Notes under the pieces: generated by a model
Told to the model about the DNA's origin: nothing
Databases searched by the model: none
Seen by the model: only the letters and a program-made list of their open reading frames with translations
Shown: positions 24,857 to 39,050 of the stretch, one piece after another
Position numbering within the stretch: position 1 is the stretch's first letter
Layout of the letters: each line of letters begins with the position of its first letter
NCBI RefSeq assembly: GCF_006345805.1
Contig: NC_043015.1
Location: 10,974,001-11,038,000 of the forward strand
Direction of reading: 5' to 3'
From: Octopus sinensis
Lineage: Eukaryota
DNA: 64,000 nt
Program-made: the position numbers and the translations under genes

Positions 24857-25789
24857 ATAGAAGGAAAGATCCGGAGAAGGGAAGACAGAGGAAAAAAAAT
24901 CCCCAACGGTACACACGCGGTCACATTTTGAATATATATATACAAAGAGAGACAGACAGGGAGAGAGGGAGAGACAAACAGGGAGAGAGAGAGAGACGAA
25001 CAGGGAGAGAGAGAGAGAGAAAAGCATTTATATAGGTACATTCATCCTTCAGGTTTCAACATGTATCATATCAAATATATGATGGCCTGCTTACGATGCT
25101 TTGAAAAAATGTGGCGATGAATCATACATGACAGACCCCTCCCCCTTCTCCAGGTCACCGATGTTAATCTATAGGAAAGCGCACCAACTTAACCGGTGAT
25201 TATTTTGACCAATATATAGCAAGTGATGCAATCAGAATGAAAAAGCCAGAATAATTATTGGAAGCCAAAGTGCATCAGTTTCACGATCACACCATATTTG
25301 ATAACAGCATTAACATTTGAGTTGAGATTTCAAAGTTATCAACATATTTTACAAGTGACAACTGATTAATGTGGAAAGAAAATTATAAAATGATCAGTCA
25401 GTATTCTAATGATTTTCCAAATGAACAAATTATTGTATGCATTTTTTAAATGTTCGAATGTAAATGTTACGGCTGAATAGCCTGAACAAATGATGTGTTT
25501 TTAATGATCAAATATATGTGCTCTACAATAGCACAATCCCCTTATCAGATCGCTGATGCTGAACACGCGCTCAGTTTTCTACAGATCGAGTGTGACGTTA
25601 TCACAGTAAAACGTGAGATAGTGTTTTGTAGTAACTGCCTGATCTTGAGTGCAATATTCTAACCACTAACCCGTGCTCCTTGGTGTTGAATTGGAAAACC
25701 GCTTTAATATGACATTTATGGTTTTAGGTTACTCAAGTATGTAGGTGTAAATACCATAGTTGATTTATGTATGTTTAAAGTGCTGAGAC

Positions 25790-26122
25790 ATCCTTCGGTC
25801 GTGACTGACGATGGGATTGCACCTAGAAAGTAACCCTCTCAGGCACATGTCCGGGCAAGGTTGTTTATGGAAGACCAACAGTCGCCAATGCATACTGGTT
25901 TCCCCTCGCCTCGCCACCATTGTTATATAAGGGAAAAGCAAAAGGGCCGATACAGCTTGGCACCTATGACGTCGAAACTCATTTCTACAACTGAGTGAAC
26001 TGGAGCAACGCGAACTAAAGTGTCTTGCTCAAGAACACAACACGCAGCCCTATCCGGGATTCGATTTCACAACCTCATGATCGTAAGCTCGACGCTCTAA
26101 CCACTGAGCCACGCGCCTTCAC
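25790..26122 (-). mobile_element. tRNA-derived SINE, second family
   Basis: Head GGCGCGTGGCTCAGTGGTTAGAGCG...TCGAATCCC; related fragments at ~17200-17350, 50230-50480 and 54090-54330. Confidence 0.8.
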
Positions 26123-26147
26123 ATGTTTAAAGTATATCCAAATAATA

Positions 26148-27041
26148 CGAGATCTGATCAATAACTATCAGGACTGTTACCATAGTAATCAAACTAAAGC
26201 ATTCAAAGTAAGGCCGCTTGACAAGGATTGACCTTATACTCTGCTGTGCGTGCGCACAAAGTTTTAACGCTGTAGTTCACATCCGCTGTTTACAGCAGTG
26301 CTTGGAATGAGCGTGTGGTGAGTGTAATCGTCGCATTGGCCATGTCTGACAAATTTGTCATGGCGATATCTGCTCAGAGGCCTACGCAGTTTTGTAGAAA
26401 GTGTACGGATAGGAGTGTATAAGCCACACACAAGTGTACTAGTGGTACATACGTTTAAAAGATGGCCGAAAACTGTCGATATTCGCGAATGTTCTGGGAA
26501 ACTCGCAACTAGTAGACCTGAGAAATACATCACAGATGTGCATGCAGCTGTGAGGGGAAATCGTCGAATCACCATCCGTGAATTATCAAAGGATGTGCAG
26601 ATTAGTTACGGTTCAGCGCAGTCCATTATCACTGAAAATTTACCTATGAGATTTGAGTCTGCCGAGTTTGTGCCAAAACTACTTTCAGCTGACCGAAAAG
26701 ACACTCGGATTTTAATTGCACAATATCTCCTTGATGGTGTCGAGAGCGACAAAATCTTTTTGAACACTTTGCATAGGCCTCTGAGTAGGTATTGCCATAC
26801 TGTTGGCATACTTTGAAGCAGATATTCTGCTCAACTTTCTTTGTCATGATCAATACGACGAATCACGATGCACACAGCTTCCTTCAAAGCACTGCTGTAA
26901 ACTGAAAACTGAGTCAGAACGCTAAAACTTAGTGCGCATGCACCACAGAGCTCAACGTCAATATGTGTCAAGCAGCTTTACAATGCCTGCTTTAGCTTCG
27001 TTACTTTGGCAACAGTCTGTATACCTATTGATCAAACCACG
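26148..27041. mobile_element. Non-autonomous mariner derivative built from two 5' ends
   Basis: TA-flanked long inverted ends. Plus strand has NRRITIRELSKDVQISYGSAQSII...FVPKLLS (HTH and WVP-like motif); minus strand has MTKKVEQNICFKVCQQYG (N-terminus). Confidence 0.75.
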
Positions 27042-28237
27042 TAAGTGTTAATTTCATTGCAATTACGTGTAAAATTTTACTGTGGTAAACGGCATTGCGT
27101 GGCTACAAAATTGATTGAACTACTTGAATAAACTTCAATAATACTGAAACTTTGCGCAGGCAGATGGCTATTTTTTTACGATCAGATGAAGTTGAACGAA
27201 TGTTAAAGAGTATTTTAAAAATTTCAATAGATCAACAAATTTCCGACCTTCCGTCTCAAATGAGAGGTTTCCGTGGACAAACTTTTTTTCAGATGAAGCG
27301 CAGATTTGTGTTTGAAACTCTTGACGTATATCGAAACAAACGTCGTTTCACACCTTGCTGGATTTCAAAGTGTATATGTAAGTTGCTGTATAAGTGCTAG
27401 AAATGGTTGACCGTAAGCTACAGTGTTAAAACTTAGTGCGCATGCAAAGCAGAGTTCGATGTTAATCATTGCCAAGCGGCCTTACTTTGAGTGTTTTAGT
27501 TTGATTACCATGGCAACAGTCCTGATACTTATTGATCAAAGCTCGTATTGTTTGGATATACTTTAAACATGTAAAGGCGGTATTTGTGTCATTTTGACAT
27601 GAAGCATTTTGTGAAAAGGTAATGGAAAAATGGTAAATATTAGGTGCGATACTGATACTGTTGTCAGAAGGATATTTCCAACCAAGTCTACTTTTCCCCT
27701 CCCCTCATGCGTGTTTATTTTTGTTTTAAATACAATTTATCTTAAATTGTTGTATAACAAAAATAACGTCCAGCTGTATTTTGTGAGCATATTTAAATAT
27801 TGAACATAACCTTTAACTTCTCATGATTCTTAACTTGAGTGAAATAGGCTGATTTGAATTTCAAATTAATTCTAACACTTTAACTGCATAATATTGCTGA
27901 ATATATACATAAACGCGATAACAACCGTTATTTGAATTGTCGGCACAAATCTAGTAATACTCGACAAGGTTCCATTCTGTTCCTTTGGGTCTGTATCCCA
28001 CGGAGTTCAGCTGAATAATTATTTCTTATATACATGTCATTTCGGATCAGTTTTAGCGCCTACATTTTAACATAGTTCTCGTTTTCTGACAAATGTTGCC
28101 TGCTTTCTTCGTTTTTCTTTCTAGATATATGAACTATTAGATAGTATCTATACAATCGTAATCTAAAGAACTACTTTAGTTAGTAACTTATATCACAAAG
28201 ATTAAGATATTTTTCTGTATGCATATTATTAAGCATA

Positions 28238-28441
28238 CATAATAATAATGATGATGAGAAGAACAATAATAATAATAATAATGATAATAATAATAATAAT
28301 AAGAAGAAGAAGAAGAAGAAGAAGAATAAGAAGAAGACGAAGAAGAAGAAGAAGAAGAAGAAGAAAAGAAGAAGAAGAAGAAGAAGAAGAAGAAGAAGAA
28401 GAAGAAGAAGAAGAAGAAGAAGAAGAAGAAGAAGAAGAAGA
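28238..28441. repeat. Compound (AAT)n/(GAA)n microsatellite
   Basis: Directly visible. Confidence 0.95.
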
Positions 28442-29020
28442 AACATTACTACAGTGCATGTATTTACCAAAATAATAAACATGAAATTTGACTTAGTAAA
28501 ATGTGTCCCGACAAATTTGAAAAGAGGAAAGCTAGTTAAGACTAACAATATTACACTAAATAAAATTAAATAAAGGAATTACACCAAACCCAAACACAAA
28601 TAGTTAGGAATCAATAGATTAGATACATTACAGCAGTTAAAAGTGATAGAGAGTATAAGGAAGGAATACTATAGTCGTGTTAGAATTATACTTCAAATAG
28701 AGCTTAATTCGAAAAACAAGTTAATAGGTATGAACACTCTAGCTGTCCCACTTTTAAGTTACAGAAAGAATATCCTTAATTAGACACTAGATTAATTTAC
28801 CAAACTATACAGAAAACAAGAAAACTAACGACGGAATTTAGGATTAACCAACAAAAAATTTGACATAGAAAGGTTATACATATAAATAAATTGAATGTAT
28901 TAGATATATTAGACAACTAGAAAGCTACTATCAAAAAACCACCATAGGAATACAGGGACGTCTAACTCAGACGTAAGTAAAATTGCTACAAACAGCCATA
29001 AAACATGAGTAAAACAAAAC
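28442..29020 (+). mobile_element. R4/Dong-type LINE RT fragment
   Basis: MKFDLVKC...IRKEYYSRVRIILQIELNSKNKLIGMNTLAVPLLSY, the RT/thumb motif of RLE-type LINEs. Confidence 0.7.
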
Positions 29021-30579
29021 CCTTTGATAATTATTGTATTTCTAAGTCTCCTTCTGTGTATCTCTCGACTAAGTTTCTAGCCACGTAATAACTCTTACCT
29101 TCCCTCAACCTCTCTTCTTCTTTTCTGTTTGCCCTTCGCCTTCCCCTTCAACTAACATGACAGATTAACCCATTCATCTACAACGTATTAATATATATAT
29201 ATATAATAATGTTTTCAAATTTTGGCGCAATATCGGCAAGTTCGATCCTTGTCCTTTCCCTTCAACTAACGTGACAGATTAACCCATTTAGCTTTAACGT
29301 ATTAATATATACAAACTAATGTTTTCAAATTTTGGCACAAGACCGTCAAGATAGGGTAGCTGGTAAGTCGATTACATCGAATCAAGTGTTCAGCTGGTAC
29401 TTATTTTATCGATCACGAAATGATGAAAGACATAATCCTCCTCAGTAGAATTTGAGCTGAGAACGTGAAGGCGGACGAAATGTAGCGAGCCCGCTGCCCA
29501 AACCACTAGGCCATTGCGCCTCCACGTATACCATTCTACTGGTTCTTTATATATTCCTCCTGCCCTAGTACTTTATCTGTGAATCTCAAAATTATAAGTA
29601 GTAAGGTTCAACTAAATGATATATAAAATCAAAACAACGCATGAGAGCAAATACCGCGAAGTAATTTGTTACTTCTTGAAGACTCAGCAAATATGACGCC
29701 TTATAAATTAAATATTACAATCGCCAAATAAAGACTAGAACGAATGTGACTGTCTCATCAGGTTTTTACGAAGTATGTAACTACTGTATATTTTACTGTA
29801 TTCAACCACCGCTGTAAGAAAGGCGATTCCTTCCTTGTTAGGTTCTATCTGACAAACTACAAAGAGGTTATTCAATAATGTATATAACTCACGTTTTATA
29901 ATCTCTTCTGCTCATCCAAAGCCTTAAAATAGTAATATAGATTCTGACAGCGTATAGGTCCAAGGCTATAATCTTGCAGGTGAATATATATTCTAACATA
30001 TATAAAGGTCTTCAGATGGTAAGTTATTAAATTGTTTCCCAAATGATAAGCGGCAAAATTGAGTTTCTTGGAATTAAAACACGTAGAATAATGCAGCAGA
30101 AACTGTATAAGTATCTTCTCGGTGTTATCCGTTTTATCAGTTAATGGAGTTCGTTATTATGGGGAGAGAGAGACAGAGAGACAGAGGAAGAGAGCAAATG
30201 TGTGTATATTTCAATGTTGGCGTCTATGTGTGTTTATGATGATTGTGTGTGTGAGAAGGGCAGTGTTCTCAGCAACATAATGTACTATAGTTAGATAATA
30301 CTAAGGCGTTGGCAATGAACTGCAACAGTGTAGAATTTTACCTGCCATCCGAAACGCATAGATGAACAGTCATTTTAGCGCTAACGTAACATACTAGAAC
30401 ATTGCAGGCTTCAATAAATCAGCAGCCCATTAAATCAATCACTGTTCTTGATCGATGCTTTTTATTATCACCACCCACAAAATGGAAGCCTAAAGTTGAC
30501 AATAGCGTGATTAAAACATAGAGTGCAAAGGGCGCATAACAAACACATGCATACGGGCGCGCACACATATACACGCACG

Positions 30580-30614
<35 letters not shown>

Positions 30615-32698
30615 GCAAATACCAAATATATACATATAAGTACCTATATATGTGTAAGTATATATATGTGTGTGTGTGTATACACCAAAAATAACTAGAT
30701 ATCGATTATTATAAAATTCACGGATTGATTATGAAAATATATTGAAAAGCAGCGTATTATTTGCCTCATTGTGATAAATATCATATTTTAAAACATGGAT
30801 GATATGCAATTTGTAGATATTATACAGCGCCGACAAGATCTTCGCTATATTTACATCAGATCAATATTAATCAAATTTCAAATTCCGCTCAAGAAGACAT
30901 ACGTCTCTGGTTAAATAGAAATAAGTAACAGTGATGAAATGGATTGCTATGTTCGACTACATGAACAAAATATTCTCACTTATATTCCATTGAAAAACAA
31001 TACGTATATTTTTACAATCATATTTGTCCTTTAACGTTATTCTTGGTATTTTCCCCTGAAGCAATATCGCCTATTATAATATAAACAGTATCAACATTTC
31101 TTTATTTCTTCAGCCCAGAAAAGCTATCTATTTATATATCGCATGTTTTGCAAACACATGGTCGAGAATCGCAGTTCTACATTTAGATTTTCTCCAGAAT
31201 ATAAACAGATACTATCAATTTTCTTGTATTACGATCATCACTGCAGTTTGATCATTCATGTCACCTATCGTTATAAGCTTTTATTATCAAGTTTAAATAT
31301 TCCGAGGCTCGAGTTGAACCAACCAAGCCGTTGTTTCAGTCGAATCACAGTTGAGACGTGCATATATATATAAACCATAGGCCAGAAAATTTAAATTGTA
31401 ACATTGGTAAGAATATCTTTTATACAGTTAGACGTTTAAGAGTGTCACAAAATAAGGTAGAGAGCTGGAAAAATAATTAGCCTAAAGGAAAAATTGTTTA
31501 GCGGTATCTCGTCCATTTTTAAAAGATCAAATTCCACCAAGGTCGACTTTACCATTTATCCCTTTATGGTTCTTGAAATACGTAGCAATGGATCACTGAG
31601 GGTGATGTAATCGTCCTACTTCCTACTGCAATATTCCTGTCCTCGTGCCAATATGTGAGAACAATATTGTCATTGAATGCTAATTTTTAAATATTATATA
31701 TTTATTGAGTAAGCGCTTCCATTCCTAGACCGAATGGTGATGTGTGTTGTTAAACAAAACACCTCATCGCACGTTGCCCTGCGGTTATTTCGTCATTGAT
31801 GGTGTGACACACCATCGCACCTATACAGATAAAATCGCTATGATGGACACACTTGACTAATGTGCGACACACATGTTCGATCAATATGAAGAAATTCTGT
31901 GTGCAGAATCGTATGTTCTGAGACTCTAATGACTACCGTGCAATTTATAAATAAATACATTCTTTAAAATTGAGATTTTCAATAACTACAAAACTACAAA
32001 AATGATTGGAAATAAATAGGTATTATTTTATTTTCTTTATAAGAACCACTAGTTTGATTTTATAAAAATAAGGTTATAGCATAAACATAATAATAGTTCA
32101 TAACTTAGTCCACAATTTTATTGTTATAACACGGACAAATGCTCAGTATCAGACTTGCCAAAAGTTTTTACTCACAGACCGAGTGAGTGCAAAGACGCAA
32201 TCTCTCAACTAGAACGTTTAAATAAAGAAACTTTTTTCATTGAAAAATACAAAACACGTCTTAATATGCACTCATAACCAACTTTTATATTTTTACATAT
32301 TTCAATTCACGATTACATCATGGTACATAAAACCCCTACTAAACAAGGTTTTTGAAACTTGTCTCTGTATGTATACATATATAATCCCCACCCATTACCG
32401 AAAGCTGAACAGTTTTCTCCCTTACCCGCAACAATAACAATAATAACGACAACCAATTACCTCCCTTTATCTACTTGTGAAGACATTCACTCGTGAATTT
32501 CATCAAAATCAACATGGACCAAACGTCTTCTTAAGAAAAAAATATATATTTAAATAAGTAAAACATAATATCATGAATAGCGATAGCGAAACCGGTCGAC
32601 ATATTAAAAATTATATCAAAACTATGTAAGTGTGCGTATTTTCTCTTTTTAATTTCTTATATACATTACAACTCACCACTTGGGGATAATCGAAATTC

Positions 32699-32751
<53 letters not shown>

Positions 32752-32774
32752 TATATATATATTTTCATATAGAT

Positions 32775-33010
32775 AATTTCAACAAGTGGACAGAAGGCGT
32801 ACTGCACTTATTGCATGTGAGCTCAAGAAATAGTCCCTTGACATAGCTGCGCTGTCTGAAACACGTCTCTCTGGTGAGAGTCAAGTAAATGAATCTACTT
32901 ATGGATATACTATCTTGATAATAGGCCTACCTAAGTGTCAGATTAGAGAATCTCGTGTTGGATTTGCATACAAGAACACATTAGTATCCTCCATTGCAGA
33001 GCTTCCCTGT
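32775..33010 (+). mobile_element. RTE-clade LINE APE N-terminal fragment
   Basis: RRTALIACELKK*SLDIAALSETRLSGESQVNE...RVGFAYKNTLV. Confidence 0.75.
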
Positions 33011-33540
33011 TGTCAAAGTTGATAACAAAAACAGGGCGAAAGCACGCATTCTTGCCAATCACCTGTCAAAGCTTGTTTCTCCAGCGTTTACCACTTCACC
33101 TCGTTAGTAGCTTAAAAGCCCTTACATTTTGTTTTCACTGTCCTGTTTTTGTTACCAACTAATTTTTGCCTCCACAAATCCCAAATTTTATTTAAATTGC
33201 TTCGCAAGAGCAACTGTTTTGAAGGAGACGCATCTTGTCCTAATGCTCGAAATACAGAGTAAATAAAACAATGAACAACTGATGAAGAGATTGTTCTTTA
33301 TGCTGCCCGTCTTGTTTTTCTATTTGTTTCTTTCGTTGTTCGCAAAAACATTTCGTTCTCCCTATTGTTGTATTTCATGTTCTCGTTTTTCATGTTGTTT
33401 AGTCTTTTTCACGACTTGCACCCATACGTGCATGTGTATATACATATTTATGTAATTAGGAACATGTATTTATATATGCATATATATTATATATTATTCA
33501 TGTTACTATATGGCTGAAAGCCACGCATCCATTTCCAAGT

Positions 33541-33588
<48 letters not shown>

Positions 33589-33616
33589 TATATATATTAT
33601 ATGTTATATATTATGT

Positions 33617-33668
<52 letters not shown>

Positions 33669-33679
33669 TAAATATAATA

Positions 33680-33710
<31 letters not shown>

Positions 33711-33760
33711 ATATGTATATATATATATATAAATTATAGATACATATATATATATGTATC

Positions 33761-33814
<54 letters not shown>

Positions 33815-33856
33815 TATATATATATATTACATATATATATACTATATACATATATA

Positions 33857-34267
33857 GGCGCAGGAGTGGCTGTGTGGTAAGTGGCTTGCTAACCAGCCAC
33901 ATGGTTCCGGGTTCAATCCCATTGCGTGGCAGCTTGGGCAAGTGTCTTCTGCTACAGCCTCGGGCCGACCAACGCCTTGTGAGTGTATTTGGTAGACTGA
34001 AACTGAAAGAAGCCCGTCGTATATATGTATATATATATGTATGTGTGTGTATATGTTTGTGTGTTTGTGTTTTTCCCTCTAGCATTGCTAGACAACCGAC
34101 GCTGGTGTGTTTACATCCCCGTCACTTAGCGGTTCGTCAAAAGACACCGATATAATAAGTACTGGGCTTACAAAGAATAAGTCCCGGGGTCTATTTGCTC
34201 GACTAAAGGCGGTGCTCCAGCATGGCCGCAGTTAACTGACTGAAACAAGTAAAAGAGTAAAGAGTAA
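33857..34267 (+). mobile_element. Full-length tRNA-derived SINE with internal (TA)/(TG) tract
   Basis: GGCGCAGGAGTGGCTGTGTGGTAAG...GGTTCAATCCC head and AAAGAGTA tail. Confidence 0.9.
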
Positions 34268-34299
34268 TACATATGTATATATATATATATATATATAAT

Positions 34300-34832
<533 letters not shown>

Positions 34833-34838
34833 TATATG

Positions 34839-34890
<52 letters not shown>

Positions 34891-35753
34891 TATATATATA
34901 TATATATATATACATAAACAAATCATTTCTGCAGGTCGTTCGGGAAAAAATCTGAACGCTCAAACGCTCGCCTCCGACGCGAGTGTCCATCATTTTATAT
35001 TATACTTAACATATATGTGTGCCTGAGTATGAGTGTGAGTGTATGTATGTGTGTCTTTGGTGGTATTTGTGTAATCATGTACATTATGCATAAAGAAACT
35101 CATCCGATCTCCTTGAAAACAAGTCGTTTGACAGATAACGTGGGATGAATAAACACTTACGCTCCGAGAAGTATTCACGAGAACATGCATTCAGTGAAAG
35201 ATCAGAAGTATTGAATCTCGATATGGATTACGGAAATATCAACATACCATAGATAAAGCGATTGATGTATTTATGATTATTAAAATCTTTCCGATTCATT
35301 CCGATACATTCTCATTATAATGAACATCTTCAAAATTACACACATATAAGTAGGTGTGCTCTAAAAATAGCACGCCGGACTAAATGCTTAGCGGCTTTCA
35401 CCCCGTATTTATGTGTTTCATTGTAACCCGTTACATAAAATATATACCAGTTGAGCACTGGGGTCGATGTAATAGACTATTCCCCATTCTTAAAATTTCT
35501 GGATTTCTGCCAGGATTTAAAATCAACATGATATATAATGTGTGTGTGTATGTATGTATGTATGTATGTGTTATTATATATATATATATATAATTGTGTA
35601 TATATATAGATGGTTATAATATATGGATATATATATGTAGTATATATAATATATATATGTATGTATGTATATATATATATGTATATATATATATGTGTAT
35701 ATTATATACATTTACATATATATATTAATTAATATATATACATACATATATAT

Positions 35754-35784
<31 letters not shown>

Positions 35785-35909
35785 CATCCATACATATATA
35801 TATATACATATATATATATAATTATATACATACAATATATATATATATATTATATATATATATATATTATATATATATATATATACACCCACACATATAT
35901 GTATATATC

Positions 35910-36194
35910 CCGCCACGCTGCCGCACTTGCCCTTACCTCTCCAAAACCATCCTCCTCTCCGGCACCCATCATCGACCCTATCGCATCACCGACTCCTTCA
36001 GCTGCACCTCTACGAATATCATATATTGCATCTCCTGCTCTCTGTACATCGGACAAACGGGACACCGCTTGGCTGACTGGTTCTCGAAACACCTCCGGGA
36101 CATCCGCCTCAGCAAGGACACCTCGATCTCACGCCATTTCCGCTCTACCGGTCAATCTGTGCAACACCTGTCCGTGTTCGGATTGTCATCCTGA
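35910..36194 (+). pseudogene. Penelope-like (Neptune-type) GIY-YIG endonuclease fragment
   Basis: Frame absent from the ORF track: [12 protein letters not shown]...[41 protein letters not shown]...ISRHF, i.e. a Cys-rich linker plus IIY/YIG motifs. Confidence 0.85.
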
Positions 36195-37158
36195 CTCCTG
36201 TTTGCGTCGTGATCAGGAATCTTCTCTCTTCGCTCAACTCTCCTCTCCTCTTCATCTAACCTCCTCCCCTTGCTTCTCTCCCACTCCCTCCCACCCATCT
36301 CTCCTATCTTGCCCCGACTCCTATTTCTCTTCACTTCTACTTCTCTTCACTCCTACTGCTCTTCACTCCTACATCTCTTCACTCCTACTTCTGTTCATCC
36401 CTACTCTCTTTCTCTCTTCTCTCTTACTCTCTCTCTCCTCACATACACACCTTCCCCTTCCTCCTTTATCGTCAATCCTCCCCATAAGAAAACCCCACCC
36501 CTACACATTCCTATTCCACCTTTTCTATCCTTTCTATCCCACCCCGTCCTATCCCATACAACCTCTCCCACATACTCTACCTCTTCTCCACCCTGTGCCC
36601 ACTCACAAACCTCACATCTACCCCCACCCTCTTCCTACCCACATGCACCAACTCTACCCAGACTCTCAGCCGAACCCACATCCCGCCCCCGTGCTTAGCC
36701 CACTCTCGCCTCCCTCACCTCCCAACAACATCACACCCGACCAAACTACACCATACAACATTACTCATCACATCACAACACACCAGCACTAATTCCTATC
36801 CCCACATTTTCACACCTACACATACACGCACACACCAGCCCTCTTTGACACGCACGTATGTACTGTCTTATACACACACGCACCTTCATGTTGGGGGTCA
36901 TATTTACTTTGTTATCTTCCCTACTTCTTCGCTCTCCTCTGTGACCCTTCTGTTTGGCAGTCACCAGCATAGATCGGCAGCCACTACACACAATTTTCTC
37001 TCCTTGTTTCTCTCCTTGTTTTTTCTGTGCCCCTTTCTATAGAAGAGTGTAGACTCGAAACGTAAAAGATTTAATCAATACTTGAGCGTTATGGTAATAC
37101 ATCTGTTTGCTTTGTACACCACCTGTCTTCGCTTTGGTTTATTTTCGTGAATCTCCCT
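35910..37158 (+). mobile_element. 5'-truncated Neptune-type Penelope element with C/T-rich 3' region
   Basis: GIY-YIG fragment, pyrimidine-rich tract, then a decayed minimal HHR at 37033-37068 (cttt-CTATAGA-agagtgtagactc-GAAA-cg-TA-aaag); (TA)n on both sides. Confidence 0.8.
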
Positions 37159-37306
37159 ATATACATACATACATACATACCATACATATATGTATATAAT
37201 ATATATATATATATATAGATATATATATATATATATATATAATATTTATATATATATATATATATATATAATATATTAACTGAAATACTATGCATATATA
37301 ATATAT

Positions 37307-37411
<105 letters not shown>

Positions 37412-39045
37412 AGCATAATTCAGCAGTAGGTCCCGATAGGTTCCCTGCTTGTGTCTTGAAGATGTGTCAAAACACTTGGCACCCCCTCTAGCCAATCTGT
37501 GGCGGAACTCACTGGATGCTGGATATATACCAGAAGACCTCCTATCCCAGTCTGTTGTCCCAGTTTTCAAAAAGGAAACAAATCGCTTGCCGTGAATTAC
37601 CGTCCAATCTCACTCACCTCTCATATCATCAAGTATTTGAGAGGGTGCCTGAGATCGCGTATGACTCACATCCTTGAGAGTCATATATGCTGAACCCCAA
37701 CCAGCATGGATTCCGTAATGGGAGAGATTGCCTGATGCAGCTACTGCATCATTTTGATGACATTTTGAGAGCGTTGGGAAAGGTTCCAACACTGATGTCA
37801 TCTACCTTGATTTCAGCAAGGCCTTTGACAGGGTTGATCATAAGATCCTTCTGAGAAAGCTGTCCAATATGTGGTGTCACTGGAAAGCTGCTGCAATGGA
37901 TCAAGTGCTTCCTGTCTAACAGAACCCAACATGTTGTAGTCGAAGGAGTCAAATCCAGCCCAGCCAAAGTCAGCAGTGGTGTCCCACAAGGCACTGTGTT
38001 GGGCCCACTTCTCTTCATCATCTACATAAATGATATTACTGACACCATCAAACACAGTAACATCAGAACCTTCGCTGATGATTCAAGCTCCAGAAGTCAT
38101 CAATGGCGTGGATGACCGAATAAACCTTCAGTCAGACCTACTGGCTGTTGTCCAATGGGCGGAAAAGAATAACATGTTGCTAAATGAAGACAAATTCGAA
38201 CTGATCCACTTTGGAAGGGAGGACGCTCTGAAACTCCCATACGCTCTTCCTTCTGGAGAAATTGTCATGGCATCCAAGAACATCAGAGACCTGGGAGTAA
38301 CAGTGGACAACAACATAAGCTGGCTACACATATAAGCAGCAAAGTTGACATGGCCCGCAGAATGTGTTCCTGGATTCTCAGAACCTTCCAGTCGAGAGAT
38401 TCCCACGCTATTATCCTTCTCTTCTCCACTTTTGCCCGACCCCACCTTGAATACTACTGTCCACTGTGGTCTCCCTACACAAACAAATATTATGAGAATT
38501 GAAGCTCCCCAAAGGTCAATCACAAAAAGATAGATGGCATGTCAGACCTTGACTACTAGGGTAGACTAGAGAAGCTGCAATTGTATTCACTCCAACGACG
38601 CCGTGAACGCTACATTATCTATATGATGTGGAAAATATTCCATCAGCACTGTCCGAATGATGTTGGCATCACCTTCAAAATGCATCCAAGGCTTGGACCT
38701 CGTGCCATCCGTCCACAACAAAAATCTAAATCGCATCACATAACGACAATACGGCACAACTATTTCACCTCAATTGGACCCGCTCTCTTCAAAATTACAC
38801 CAGGACACGTCAAAAAAGAAGCTGACCACACAAAATTCAAGAAGTCTTTGGACAAATTCCTTCAAACAGTCCCGGACAAACCACCCACACCCGGATATGT
38901 ATCCGCAAACAATAACTCTCTGCTCGAATGGGCCTTGGTGCCCAAATCCTGAACTGAAAGACTTCGCCAGGTGGTGCTATTAAGTTAGACATGGCCTGGG
39001 CCAATACTGGCCAAAAACCTTTCTAAGTTATTCTAAGTTAAGTTA
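37412..39045 (+). mobile_element. 5'-truncated CR1-group LINE (RT plus 3' end)
   Basis: NYRPISLTSHIIK, YLDFSKAFDRVDH, SGVPQGTVLGPLLF, FADD, YSLQRRRER and FKKSLDKFL; tail of TTCTAAGTTA repeats. Confidence 0.9.
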
Positions 39046-39050
39046 TGTAT

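Noticed and set aside
29980-30018. Possible 39-nt plus-strand micro-exon (ttgcag...ATG|gtaagt)
   Set aside because: Supported by splice motifs only.
33210-33300. HHR-like motifs (GAAA, CTGATGA)
   Set aside because: Boxes and stems could not be assembled into a convincing fold.
33857-33930. tRNA gene
   Set aside because: It has A and B boxes but continues into a multicopy SINE body without a proper acceptor stem; the same applies to ~26050-26122 and ~57600-57670.
35665-36792. 375-aa ORF
   Set aside because: Made of (TA)n plus a stop-poor C/T tract; the meaningful frame is the overlapping GIY-YIG one.
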